A DNA stretch of 56,938 nucleotides, the filler included, from Catajapyx aquilonaris (lineage: Eukaryota), in assembly GCA_000934665.2 (NCBI GenBank). It is 3 parts of 3 records of this genome, joined end to end, with 100 filler letters (N's around TTAATTAATTAA, not from the genome) between each part and the next. Parts side by side here need not be neighbours in the genome. Positions count along the whole stretch, not along the records: positions 1 to 18,889 come from JYFJ02006577.1; 2 more parts are not named here. One strand, 5' to 3'. Made by a program: the position numbers and the translations under genes. The notes beneath the pieces were generated by a model. That model saw only the letters and a program-made list of their open reading frames with translations, was not told the DNA's origin and made no database searches. Shown in pieces: positions 1-12,600 of the stretch; positions within the stretch are counted from its first letter, which is position 1, and every line of letters starts with the position of its first letter.

Positions 1-1199
1 TGCCCACTTGTGAAGCACGATGGTGGGACTTTCAGACACGTGCAAGCTCAAAAAACACAAAAGTGTGGCTTAGCACGTTATGGCACTAACCCCTTCAATT
101 ATTTAAAAGGCTGGTTGTGTCACTATTGCTTTAGAGCTGACAGGAAACGATCGATTTATCGATACTTGTACAACTTCATTTTCTCATATGAACACCAGAA
201 GGATCAGCATGATTGACATATCTGTGGTCCACTGGTGTGATATCTGTGATATATTCATGCAGAACAGAATTTGAGTTGGGTCGAATAAAACAGCGCCCGA
301 ATATGTAGGAAAAAATGAATTTTTGAAAAGTACTCTACGGTCTTACTTAGAGGCTTTCACCCCTGAAATGGTCTCGGCCAAAAAACCAGTTGCAAAAACA
401 GTACAGCTTATCCAATGAGATCAACATAAAACCGTCCAGTGTTTAGACTGTGTCGCATAATCCTTCCTAAGCGTTCGCATATTAGGATCATGCTCACTAG
501 CCCGACTACAAATATCACGATCATGAAGCTGTTGATAATGCTGAACCAGTGTATCTGTAAAGTCGAAATAAAAAAAATTCAATGCAAATATTTAATGCAA
601 TAAAGGCTAATTAATTCTTTACTGCTCAACCCTGCAGTGACATTACAAATAGCACCACAATTGACTACATGGCTAAATGGGCAGACTGTCTCCCTTTCAA
701 ACTCATCCCAAGCCACCTGAGATAATCGCATGCATAAATTACCCTGTGCTGGAAGAAGTTTGGGTCAAGATACTTGTCGAACCGGTCCTCAAAGAGCACA
801 GGCGAGGGTTTCCAGTTGACTTCGTAGGTGAAGGGTATGTCTGCGTTAAGTTCAAGCTTGGCCTCGTTCTCAGACGTGAGGTTGACGTCCACAATTCCGT
901 TCCCATTGTAACCAATGTCCAGTTTCTTGTGGGTCCAGATGTGATATTCGCCTCCGCCTTCGTAAATCCCTCCGACTATACCCCAAATAGGCAGGTCATC
1001 TATGTACATCTGGTACAAGTAGTGATTCTTCACAGCATACACCAGTGCTTTCAAACGCTCCTCTTCAAGCAGGCTGACGCTACAGTACTTGCTCTTGTCC
1101 ACATCCACTGCACCGTAAAAAAAAAATGACAGTGATTAAAAGGATTAGCCAAGTTCTATAACAATTCTTTAAAATTCCACTGAAAATACTATTATATAT

Positions 1200-2185
1200 G
1201 GGTGATTCTCCAAAAACTTACCAATACCATGTCCCGGCATAATAACTCAAAAATGGCTTGACTGAGAGAGTTGATATTTTAAACATTTGGAGAAGCAGTT
1301 GACACCTAGCCATCCCCATGAAAACAAATAAAAATATTAAATTTAGTTTTACTGCAAAAAATGTCAAAGGGGTTAAAATCACTATTCTTGGCATGTCCCG
1401 ATCTCATTTTAAAGCATGCTATATTTTCTTACAATTTTATGAATAACATTAGACAAGTTTCAGTACTATAATTAAATTGTACATAGTTGAAGGTATAAAA
1501 CAACATTTTTAAAACGATTTATTAATTTCACGTGACCTTGCTGCATCACTCCAAAGTGTGTCCCGAGTTTTCATGTTAGTCACCTGGATCAGGATATTAT
1601 TTTAAAATTTGCAGTGAAACAAAGGGATTTTTTACTTATGTTAGTTATTTGGCAACACTGCTTCTCCATGACACCTTGACTTAACTGCAGATTGACGTGG
1701 AAGGGGTACGTCTTCTAGTGGGTCAAAAAAATTAAGGCGTTTAAAATTCAGTTATGTGGCACATTCTGCACTCCCACTCCTGGCTCATTTTTCTATGTCA
1801 CAAAATAGCTTAAACGTTTTGAAATAACTGTGATTCCATAGCATGAAGGGTCTTCTTGTGCCCACCGAAATGGTGCAACAATATTCCAAATTCTCGACTT
1901 TTGAGCCCAGGTTTTCACTACTTTGGGGACAGATATTTAAAAACTGAGTTTCACTTTTTGATATAATATTGTGAGGAACAACTTCCAATAAAAATAATTT
2001 TGGTTAACTGCAAAATCAATTTCGGAAGGTTTCCCCCATTTTAGAATATCAGAATTAGTTCTCCATATTTTTCCCTGATTTGTGACCTCATATAGAGTAA
2101 GTGAGAATTTTTCCAGATTTTTAAAACAAGTTTTGAAATTCATTAATTTTTGCTTTGAAAATGGGAAGTTTTTGGAGAATCACCC
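1200..2185. mobile_element. Non-autonomous TIR element, Sola-like
   Basis: TIRs GGGTGATTCTCCAAAAACTT / AAGTTTTTGGAGAATCACCC are flanked by a 4-bp ATAT duplication. No ORF. It lies in a TM9SF3 intron. Superfamily is inferred from termini and TSD length only. Confidence 0.7.
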
Positions 2186-2391
2186 ATATACCAGAAGCAA
2201 AATGGTATTGTACCGTAAATGCTGCTGTAAATGCTTTCTCAGATAGATTAATCTCAGCTTCAATTGCAAGAATTATCCAGCAATTGTACAATATATCTGA
2301 AAAAAACAGAAAATCCTTACGTAACCTTCTATCGACCCATACATTCAGAGTCTCATCTCATGTTTACATTGTGTGAGACATTTTGCAAATA

Positions 2392-2987
2392 CAGGGTGAT
2401 TACAAATGAATAGTATAATTACAAATGCATATAGCTCCTTACCTATCAACCATACATGAACGTGTTATACACCAAATGAAAGAGGAGGTTTTAAAGTTTT
2501 TTTCATACCTTATAAATGTTCTATATGATTTCCCTTGGTCACTCGAGAAACGTCGATCCGATAGTGCAATTCCTCCCATACTCGTGCCAGCATGTCCGTT
2601 GTCACTGACTCAACCGCAGTAACTTGGCGCTTTACTGCTGGCACCCAAGGTCGCCGGATTTGACGCCATGCGACTTCTTCCTTTGGGGGTACGTTAAGGA
2701 TGCTGTGTACGTGCCACCGATGCCAACAACCCTGGATGAACTCAAACATCGCATTGTTACTGCGGTTGAGTCAGTGACAACGGACATGCTGGCACGAGTA
2801 TAGGAGGAATTGCACTATCGGATTGACGTTTCTCGAGTGACCAAGGGAAGTCATATAGAACATTTATAAGGTACGAAATAAACTTTAAAACCTCCTCTTT
2901 CATTTGGTGTATAACACGTTCATGTGCGGTTGATAGGTACGGAGCTATATGCATTTGTAATTATACTATTCATTTGTAATCACCCTG
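2392..2987. mobile_element. Foldback Tc1/mariner (maT/rosa-like) MITE built from two 3' ends
   Basis: TA-CAGGGTGATTACAAATG...CATTTGTAATCACCCTG-TA. Arms of about 230 bp (2392-2621 vs 2757-2987) are near-perfect inverted copies. The + strand carries a transposase C-terminal remnant PRSPDLTPCDFFLWGYVKDAVY...GSHIEHL*. Confidence 0.9.
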
Positions 2988-4211
2988 TAGTTTATGAAAT
3001 ATTCAGCGCCTGCCCCTCATACACAGGGTGGCTCCAAAGGTAGTCACTTCCGGTCAGATTTAGGCATTAGTGAAGGTGATGGCACAGTGACAAGTCAACG
3101 AAGGGTGGAAAGTGGCATCAGAAAGAGTGGAAGTGCAGCAGGAGCATGAGTTGCTCTTATAAGAAAAACAGAAGATGATTTGGAAGTCCTTAACCTCAAT
3201 GACGAATGTGAAAATTTCTAATTGGCTTTTTCTGGCAGTAGCCAGACCAACCAGAGGCTGGAATTACTTTTAAAATTGATGTAGAGTCCGCTTAACTCTA
3301 GCTCGACTCCCTGCAGGGCCTCTCCCAGGGTTTCGTGGTATAGTGGCTGATGCTCTCCTTATTGGGGCCCTTGCACAGAGGCAGGGAGGAAAATGTGTAC
3401 GTCTCCTGGCGGTTGTGGTAGGGGCCAACCGTGTTCATCCATAGCACCACTTCGTCATTTTCTTTGTACTAGAAAATCAGAAAAAAGTGGAAGCAAAAAT
3501 TAATTCGTGCATCTCTTTAAAAATGAATGTGTATTACACGTTCTGCAAATGTTGATAAAGATAATAATAAAGTAATCAGTACTTCTAATAAAATAATGAC
3601 GGACAGCCTAAAACCTTTACAGTAACAAACAAGTAACAACACTGTCAGCATGAACATTGCAGAAAAACTAGGATGCACATCCCTTTTCCTGTCAAACTTG
3701 GCAATGCTGTTATTTATCATGACTGCATATAAATGCCACGCAAATGTGAATGTGGACATGCCGGAATGTCACTACAGGTAATTAGGCCTGACCCAACCCC
3801 TTCCTGAACTCACCTGTATGCATGCGCTCGTCCCCACCCTTGCCTGGAAGACCATGGCAAGCACCGCCACTATCCTGACCAATCTTCCTTCCATTGTGCC
3901 TGTCTATGCCGGACACAATAATTGCATATCATAGGTGTAAACAACTGTGTTGGCATTATACCTGGCAACCGGGGGGCGTGTTCTGACACCATCACGAGGG
4001 AGTCGTTTAGTGTTATTCTTTCTATTGTTGTCACTGTTTACAGAGAGTGAGTGACGCCGTTTACCCAGCAAAGGGTTTCTGCCTGCTTAAGGGCCAGTTG
4101 CACCAGCCTCAGTATAACTTAGAACCTCGGGTATAACAAGAATTGCCATAGCAAATTGTTGACCAACAATGATTGGTATGGCAATTCTTGTTGTTGACAT
4201 AAATTCCTCAC

Positions 4212-7140
4212 CAAACTCTGAGTTGTCCTGTTTGTCCAGGAACAGCCTGTCACCATACTTTGTTACAACAATGTCCCAGGAGTAATTCGAGCGGGTGCAG
4301 CACATCAGGGTACACAGTATTGTATCTGTAGAATACACAGTGCCCGTAGTTTTCGTCAGCTGAAAATATGGAAAAGTCAGAGGAATGCATGAGTAAAATA
4401 ACGTTCAGGTCAAACATAGATGTTTGTCAACTATCAGTTGATTGTCATGGTGTATGGGTCAATCTGGCTGTTAATGCAATGCATTAAAAGAGTTAAAAAC
4501 TTTAAAAAATACTATGGCAAACATAGGCGCAGAGAAAAGTAGCAATGACATAACCAAGCACTGCCAGCAGTCATGCAAGTATTTAAAAAGTAATATGCTA
4601 AATGTACGCCATGACAAAATATACCTTGCGAATGATGGGATCATCAGTGGTGGTTACAGTGTGGAAGATGCGATCTACTCACTGCAACGTCCTCTCATTC
4701 TTCACATTGCATTGATCCGATCGTAAGACTTGTCATAATACTCCAGAGAGCCGCAGCACATGCTGTAAGTCAAGAAAATTAATTAAAGAAAATTGTCTTG
4801 CAATTGCTAATGATGGCACTGCCACAATTAAGGTGGATATGAAGCTAAGGCTCACAATTTGACATCGTTTTGAAATTCACAGGGTTTATAGAGTAAGAAG
4901 CCCTCTTCCCAATGGTGGAAAAAAAATCACCCCTAACCGGGCAAATAAGCTCGCAAAATGGCTCAGGATGTGCCGACTGTCCATAAGCTCCAATGTTAAA
5001 TTAAAACTTTATTTTAAAGCATCTACACAATTTAACAGTTTGAAAGTAATATATGTGAAATGTGAAGAATAATATAGTAATTACAAACAACGCAAAAAAA
5101 ACATATCAAACCGAATGATTTAAATTGTTATCGTGGAAAAAAGAAAAATGGTGCGACGCTAGCCTGAGGCACGGGAGAAGTGGCAACATGGCCTCCTGCA
5201 CGAATGGATGTTTGACCTTCAGAGAAGGGGGGATGTTGTATCCATGGTAGTGTTAGTTTATTAAAGTGATTTTCCTACGAAATGGCACGCAGAGTGTCCG
5301 AATTTGAAATATGTGATCACAACCAGTTAATAACCAGTGTAATAAATAAAATAAAAATTATAATTAGATGTTAAGACCAAACTCATGTTATCTCAGGACC
5401 CTGTCGCAACTTTTTGCTGACTAGGCCTATACAATGTAGCCATGTGTCTGTTCTAGATCCCATATCTTACGTTATCGAGGTCGCCGAATTATATGTCGAA
5501 GTAATTTTAAACCAAATACTTACACCTACACAGGGTGTTCCGTAAGTTATTTCGTATTCACCTTCATGCATATATTTTAGATAAATACAATATTATGTCT
5601 ATGATGGTTATCAATGCATAATTCGATAGGGGGTAATTTTTACCTCACGACTGACATGGTATATTATTATTATAGTTGTTGTAATAATAATACCAGTAAT
5701 AATAATAATAATAATAATAATGATAATGCGAGAGCGGTGTTGCCACTTTTATGTCAACACTGGTTACCAACTTACCGTAAATTAAAGCCTATACTTATCC
5801 CCCTCCCTTTCCGAAGATAATGTGTATTATGTAATGGATGTAACACGACATTGTAGAGCCTAGTAACTGTCACCCACTACCGTCGCCTTTGATCCTAAAT
5901 ATGCTGTCTATGGCAAACTAAAAATTCAGGTGTGTACATTCCAGTAGGTTGGCAATGTGTTGCAAGTGAATTAGGTTTTGCCCTGTAACAAATCGAGTTT
6001 ACGATGGATTTTAAAATGGAATGCATATTATTCCTCAGCATCCACTACTGCATTAGATGCATATGTTTCCCCGAATTTAACTGCTCTAATTAACGTTTTT
6101 GTTCTAGACACTGAATTGACTAGGGAGGTAGCTTCATATCCACCTTAAATTAACCAAACACAAAACTAACATGTCCTTTCCAGGCCCAACAGAAGGAAGG
6201 GAGAGCTTGGAGAGCCTCTGGAAGTCCATCTCCTCAATGACGATCCAATCAGACTGCACTTGGACTGAGGTGTCCCTCTCCCTGCGCTGCGACTGCTGCT
6301 GGTTCATGTAACCTCTGTTGTACCTCCCACCACGAGCACCATGTTTAGGCCACTTGCTACGAGTCATCCTGGAAGAGCAAACATATTTTTCAATGACAAC
6401 CAAATATTGGTTGCCACTTCCTGCTACTCACACTCTCCCTCCTCTGGTTCCTTCCATTGTTTGGAAGTTCCGACGTCCATGGAAAAACCTGCTTCCTCTA
6501 GCAACCCTGCTGCCCATGCGGAACCTCCCCCTTTGAAAAGAGCCATGGTGAATCCTAGACATGTCAACCAGTTGGAACAAATCCAATTCCTCCTCGTGGA
6601 AGTATGCGTATGGGTTCTCTCCACTCAGCGGCATTACCATATTTTTACCTGAAAACACACAGGTTTTCATCCCATTTTTAAGGACATGCCAGGTAACTCA
6701 CCACCGTTGGTAAATCTCCTATCTTGATAGGGCTGCATCCAATCAGCAACCTGTCGAGAATTGTGGACATGATCACCTGGACCATTTATTTAATTTAATT
6801 TTTCAATTTGGACATCTGCTCAAGTCCCCAAGGATTACTTTTTTTTTTAAATGAATCTCCCAAACCAATATAAATAGGAGAAACCAACTGGATTCAGAAA
6901 CAATAATAGCCACATTCACTTGTCATAATTGCGGCTTCTTTTAAACTTGTTTTTGTGTGATAAGCAACCTGGGATTGATGCCACAGGACGTACCTTTCCC
7001 AAGCGTTCAGCCTTGGAGAAAGGCTGGTAGGGCATGGTGACAACTTTGTGGGTCAGATCCTTTCCGAGATCCCTGCAGTCCATGAATGGACCCCATCCGG
7101 TGGGATTGTACTGGATGTCTGGAAGCTCAAAGTGGGCCAT
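4212..7140 (-). pseudogene. eIF3d: Eukaryotic translation initiation factor 3 subunit D copy, disrupted and 3'-truncated (exons 7140-6994, 6750-6702, 6648-6432, 6368-6171, 4762-4625, 4359-4212)
   Basis: Motifs [72 protein letters not shown] and [12 protein letters not shown] are present. Exon 5 has a 5-bp tandem duplication (CATTG x2, 4705-4714) and an in-frame TGA at 4679-4681. No further eIF3d exons occur before TM9SF3 starts at 3894. Confidence 0.9.
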
Positions 7141-7290
7141 CCTCCACACTTTTTGTCGCTGGAATGAAACTTAGGCTTTAGCACAGTTCCTGGTGAATTA
7201 AATGATAATTCCAATCGTTCCACTCTGAAGCAAAGACATCATGTGCTCCTTTCCCACTGCCCAGAAGACAAAAAGGGAGGCCAAACCTCA

Positions 7291-7440
7291 CCTCTCAGTG
7301 TGGATAAGTTCCCACGGTGCAAGCTGACAGGTGGGGGGCGGACACAAGGGCGGCCCTCGAGACGAAAGAAGGGCGACCACGCCAGATTCGAATGGAACCA
7401 AGATGGCGGCCAGGCGTCAGTTACTTAACAGCAGCTATAA
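7291..7440 (-). promoter_or_regulatory. CpG-rich promoter and non-coding first exon of the eIF3d copy
   Basis: GC/CpG-rich patch with a YY1-type GCCGCCATCTT motif (~7400-7411, minus). A donor GAG|gtgagg at ~7291 pairs with an acceptor ttccag at 7159-7164 just upstream of the ATG. Confidence 0.55.
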
Positions 7441-7774
7441 TAAGCAATTCTCCTCCATACATAGCAGTTATGAGCTGCTTCCTGCACTGATGGGGTCATG
7501 AAGCATAGCTGTTATTACATGAGACAGAGAGAAAAAAACGTCAGGGATTGGAAATAAAGACGTTGCCGTCTTCATTTCAATGCATTTTTATTCCCGCCTA
7601 TGAATAGGCAAATAAAGTGAATAACAAAACATGAGGATAAGTGAACAATATTGGACCCTTACCAAATATGACTGTAAGGATGAGTAAATACTATAATGGA
7701 ATGTGTGAAAGCAAACGGCGGAAAAATAACATAAACAAAGAACGAGAAAACATCTTCGGACCGCCAAACTTTTT

Positions 7775-9583
7775 TCACAGGTAGGCTTCCTGGATGACGG
7801 AGCATCCCCTGTACAAGGAAAGAAAGGAATATATTATAAGCCGACTGTTGCTGTAAAAGAACATACTCCGAGTCGAGTCGGTAATGCTCATTTGTGTAAC
7901 TCACTTTGAATCCCTGGACACTTCGTAATACTTGTCCAGCGACTGTCCCTCAGACAGGGCATGAACAAATGCTTTATCGTGGGTGATGATTATAAGCTGG
8001 AAAGTCTTCCTCAGCCTGTGCCTCTGCACCAGTCTTCGCAATGCCTCTGCCAAGCTGGTCACATTTTGCTTGTCCAGGTTGGTAGTGGGTTCGTCCAAAG
8101 CAAGGATGCCGCACCTGGTGCTGAAGGCTTCAGCAAGGGCAATGCGAACAAGGAGGGAGGCAAGGACACGTTGGCCGGCTGAGCAACGGCCACGCATATC
8201 CATTTCAGTCTTATTCTTCACCATCACCAGACGGTAACTGTATGCGCGACGTTTACCAGTGGTTGCTGGAAATTCATGCAGAGAAGGGTCAGTACATATG
8301 GCTGACAAACTTGAAAGCAAAACATTTATTGCTGCACTCACTGGTCTTTGGAGCATCTTCATTCTCACAGGCAACCCTAATCATCTCAATGTCATTCCCC
8401 CGGTAAACAAGGCACCAGAGTTCATGCAGTACTTCGTTGATGACAGCCATTTGCTGCTCATGGTACTTCAAGATGGAAGCCTCAAGTGCGTCACGGAAAT
8501 TCTTCACATCAACTGCACCCATTTTCAGGGTCTGAAAGGGAAAGGAAACCACATGAACCCCCTCTAAAATAAATTCTTGCATCCAACGTTGGAATGGACA
8601 TTGAAACCAATCTCCACTACCTGACAACACGCTGCACAATGAAAATGACAGTTACACCTCTCACCTTGAGATAAACCATGGCCTTGTAATAGTTTCCTTC
8701 CGCATTCTTCAAATTGTCCTGCTGGAGTTCTCTCTCGACCTCTTTGACAGTCTTCTCAAGTTCTCCCTGACGACCTTTTGTTTCGTGCAGCTGAATCAGA
8801 AACATTACAACAATGATATAGTAACAATCCTCTTATTGCGTAAGTGACAATCAGCCGTAAAGGGGAGGTGTAGATGGCCGAGATGGTAACGTCTCGGCTT
8901 GCTGAGTGAAAGGCCCCAGGTTCGATCCCCGCCTGGGGAACTTTCCTTTCACCTGCGTCAGGCTCTAACCTGCACCTTGGAGGTGTCTGGCAACCTAACC
9001 TCCTGGGGGACAGCACATGACCCATAGCTACGACATTGCACCTTGCACCCATGTTCCCTCCCCAAAAATCCCTATAATATAATTCATACACCGTTATCAG
9101 CCTATCGGCTCTTTAGGGGGAAGTTTTTGTTTTGCCTGGAACTCTTTGCTTTCATTTTACTGCGCTTTTTGGGATAGGATAGGGACGGAAGGAAGCGGCT
9201 GTGGCCTATTAATTGAAGGGGTCGGTGCAATACTGCCCTAACCCACCAAATGACACAAATTGAGTTTCGCGCACTTCCATATACTACACTCAAATATCTA
9301 ATAAAGTACACTGAGATTGTCCAGTTTCTGCCATTTGTCGGTGAGAAATCAAACAATGTTTTTATTGCTCCAAGGTTATGAATGCCTTTTCTGCAGCAAA
9401 ACCGCCCTAACCCTCCGTCTTCAAATATTGCAGCGCGCAGGATGCAGCTGCGAGCAGCTGTGTCTCACGAGTTGGGCTTAAATAGTGATCTTTTGCCTGA
9501 TGACACCGATGTGGATGAGAGTACCTAAGATTCAGAGTTCGATCCTGATAATGATGAAGTGCACAGTAGTAGTCCATTGCAGC

Positions 9584-9660
<77 letters not shown>

Positions 9661-12600
9661 CGTAGTTGGGTCATTCCATGTCAAGACAGACAACTTGGTG
9701 GCTCGACCATCTCATAATCTGATATAAAAATCATTGAAGTGTTGGCAAAAATAAAGTTAAGAGCCTCCCAGGTGAAAATCCCACGGAGATATGGCAATGC
9801 CTTTCAGCAACAATGGAGCCGGATTCGAAGGTCCATTTATTTCAGGTGAAATTATTGTTGTACCCTCATGTTCATATTATATCAAATGAACTGTTGTGAG
9901 ATGAGGAACATTTTGTGGCAACATGTTTAACCTAGATTGTAAAATAAAAATACTAAAAAAATCGCATTATTGTGCAAAACGGACACATTTCATATGGTCC
10001 AAATAATGTCATTGTTAAATACATGCTAAGCGTGTTGAATTAATATGGTAGGTACATTGTCATCTGATCATTAGTCATTACTACTGCAGGACAACATCAA
10101 GGTCAAGCAGTCTTGGAGATAATAAATCTGAAATGTCGGAAAAAGCCCTCTATAGGCTACTCCACGTTATTTGATGTTGCGAGTGAACCATTCATGGTAA
10201 GTGAACAGTTCTTATACCGCTACGTTATGCATGAAAAGACGTTTCTGCGATAACTTAAAAATTGACCCAGCCCCACACTGAGAAAAATGACCCCAAAGAT
10301 CACCAAATTAGTGGAAAACAGACATTTCAGAAGTTTTATTTCCAAGACTGCTTGACCTGTGATGTTGTCCTTCGACAGTATAGTAATGATCAGATGACAA
10401 TGTTTACCTACCATATTAATTCCACACCCTTAGCATGTGTTTAACCATGACATTGGACAATATGAAAAGTGTCCGTTTTGCTCAATAATGCGATTTTTTT
10501 TAACATTTTTATTTTACAATCTAGGTTAAACCAGTTGCCACCAAAATGTTCCTCATCTCACGACAGTTCATTTGATATCATTTATATGAACATTAAACTA
10601 ACTTGTGATACGTTCTTGACCAATTTAGTTCGCATTACAAGTTGGGTGCAATACTGCCCTAAGCCATTTTTTCACACGTGGCCACCTTATTTTGTTCATT
10701 CTTAGAGTGGGTGGTCCATCATCATCATCATCATAATAGCACGTAAATGTTCCTTATTAGTGCCTTGTATATTGGGGTAGAAATGAAAATTGTCCCATGG
10801 AAAATGTGATTTATGGGTCATCTCAAACTTTCAAATGCGTTTTTCTCGAAATCAGGTTTGGGAGGGTTAGGGCAGTATTGCACCGACCCCTTCAATTACG
10901 GAAACAACTCCGGAATTTTTCTGGAAGGACCGCGGGAAACCACAGAAAACCACGGTCAGAGTTGCCGGCCCCGGGATTTGATCCCAGGAACTCCCGATTA
11001 GCAGTCGGACACCATATCCCCTACTCCAAACTGCTTCGGTCAAAAATAAAAATCCCTATATCCTTACCTCATGTCCTTTCATCCTTGCACCGGAGTTAGA
11101 AGAAAAAAATCGGAAAATTGAAGGAAAAATGGTGGTATTCCACCCCCCCTATAAGGGCCTATGGCCCTATCACAGGGTAGCATAAAAAATAAAAATAAAT
11201 AAATAAATAAAAAACGAAAAAAAAAACAATCAGCCGTAAACGTTGCAACAGACCTGCTCCTTAATCTGGTCGATCTGCCAGATGACACTGCTCTTTTCTC
11301 GCAACAGTTCCTTCGGCTTCATCTCCCCAACCCTTTCCCGGATGTCTCTGATCTTGTCCTTGAGTTGCTGGATCTCTCTCCCCTTCTTGATCACAGCGAG
11401 AGAGTCCTCCAGCTCACGCTTGTGCAGCTGGGCCCCGCCTACTGCCTGCTTCAGCTTCCCTGCCTCTTTCCGCCGCCCATCCACCTCTCTTCCAACTTCG
11501 ACCTTGTTCTGCTCCAGCATTGCAAGCTTCTCCCTCAATTCAATCAGCTTCTCGTCTCCACCTCTCTTCTTGTAAGAGGACACCAAGTCCTGCAGTGCTT
11601 GGACTTCCTGCTTCTTCAACTGAAGATCCTTCATCTACCAGAACGGGACCAGCATTGTAAAGGGATTGTATAGGCACATCACAAAAGGCTACAAAGACAC
11701 TCCAACCTTCTTCTGAACGTCTGCAATCCTCTTGTCTCCAGCTTCCTTTCCCTGCTCTTTCTCTTGTACAGCTCTGCCCAGGGCAACTCCCAAGGGGTGA
11801 AGAGCATCCTGGCATGACTCTGCTTCCTCCTGAAGGTTTGCGATCTGTCCCTGCAGCTCTTCCCTTTTCACTTCCAGCTGCTTTTTCTCCTGCATCAGAG
11901 ACTCTGCCCGGAACTTATCCTGGGTCACGTCATTCACCTCAGACCGCAGCTTCTGGACCTTTTCTTGGTGCTCCGACAGCTGGGACTGGCGACGCTCAAT
12001 GGACTCACGCAAAGTTGACAACTGATTGGACACCTCTTCAAGTTCCTTGCGAACCTGTTGCAGGCTGTGATTTGAATCTAGAATTAGATACAAATACATG
12101 TGTCAAGCACTGGATTGCCGGTGAGTAAATTTTTATGGACCACCATCTGAAATGATAGATACTGTATAAATGTTAAAAATAACATTAAGTTGTGTCGGGA
12201 ACACTAGCCGCAGCTTTTGACGTGAATACGTCTTTAAAATCGGATCAGTATTGGGGGAGTGAATTGATTGCTTATTATCAGTATTGAAATCCGGACACAT
12301 GCATGGTAATCCTAAAGTCTGGACACATGCATGGTAATCCTAAAGTCTGGACACATTCACGGTGACCGCGAAGTCTGGACACATGCATGGTGACCCTCCT
12401 AAGAATTTCCCTGCATGCACCCGCCATGGGCCCCCTGGCAGGGTCCTGACTATAACACTCACAGGCCACTCCAGATATAGTAGACTCCGATATAATAGAC
12501 TGTAATGCTTTTCTGTAACCTCGAGTTTGCCTCCATCCTAATTTAGCCCTGCCATGGGGCCCCTGGTGGGGCCCCCTGTCAGGGCCTGACTGTAACGCTT

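Larger units (their letters stand above)
453..3894 (-). pseudogene. TM9SF3: Transmembrane 9 superfamily member 3 copy, frameshifted (exons 3894-3814, 3468-3268, 1107-743, 554-~453)
   Basis: Spliced translation with GT-AG introns gives [65 protein letters not shown] and [33 protein letters not shown]. Two 2-bp insertions break the frame (TA at ~3339-3342, AT at ~479-482). Homology stops after RKDYA at ~453. Confidence 0.9.
9215..10893. mobile_element. Sola1-like non-autonomous DNA transposon inside SINE B
   Basis: 30-bp TIR GAAGGGGTCGGTGCAATACTGCCCTAACCC at both ends with an AATT TSD. AWWT targets are characteristic of Sola1. Confidence 0.75.
9077..11047 (-). mobile_element. Second retroposon (SINE family B) inserted antisense into SINE A
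   Basis: 13-bp TSD AAAAATCCCTATA (9064-9076 and 11048-11060). A tRNA-like head with box B-like GGGATCAAATCCC lies on the minus strand near 10970-11040. Confidence 0.75.
8862..11225 (+). mobile_element. tRNA-derived SINE (family A), split by nested insertions
   Basis: Box A TGGCCGAGATGG, box B GGTTCGATCCC, an A-rich tail at 11184-11225, and a 15-bp TSD ACAATCAGCCGTAAA (8847-8861 and 11226-11240). Related copies lie at 25715-26075 and 36278-36500. Confidence 0.85.

Noticed and set aside
4679..4681. In-frame TGA in eIF3d as selenocysteine or a variant genetic code
   Set aside because: It is best explained as CGA>TGA. It lies beside a frameshift, and TGA ends RAD50 normally.
8862..8940. tRNA genes at 8862, 26000, 36280, 37275 and 56600
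   Set aside because: Box A/B heads continue into shared SINE bodies with tails or TSDs, and I could not build full cloverleaves.
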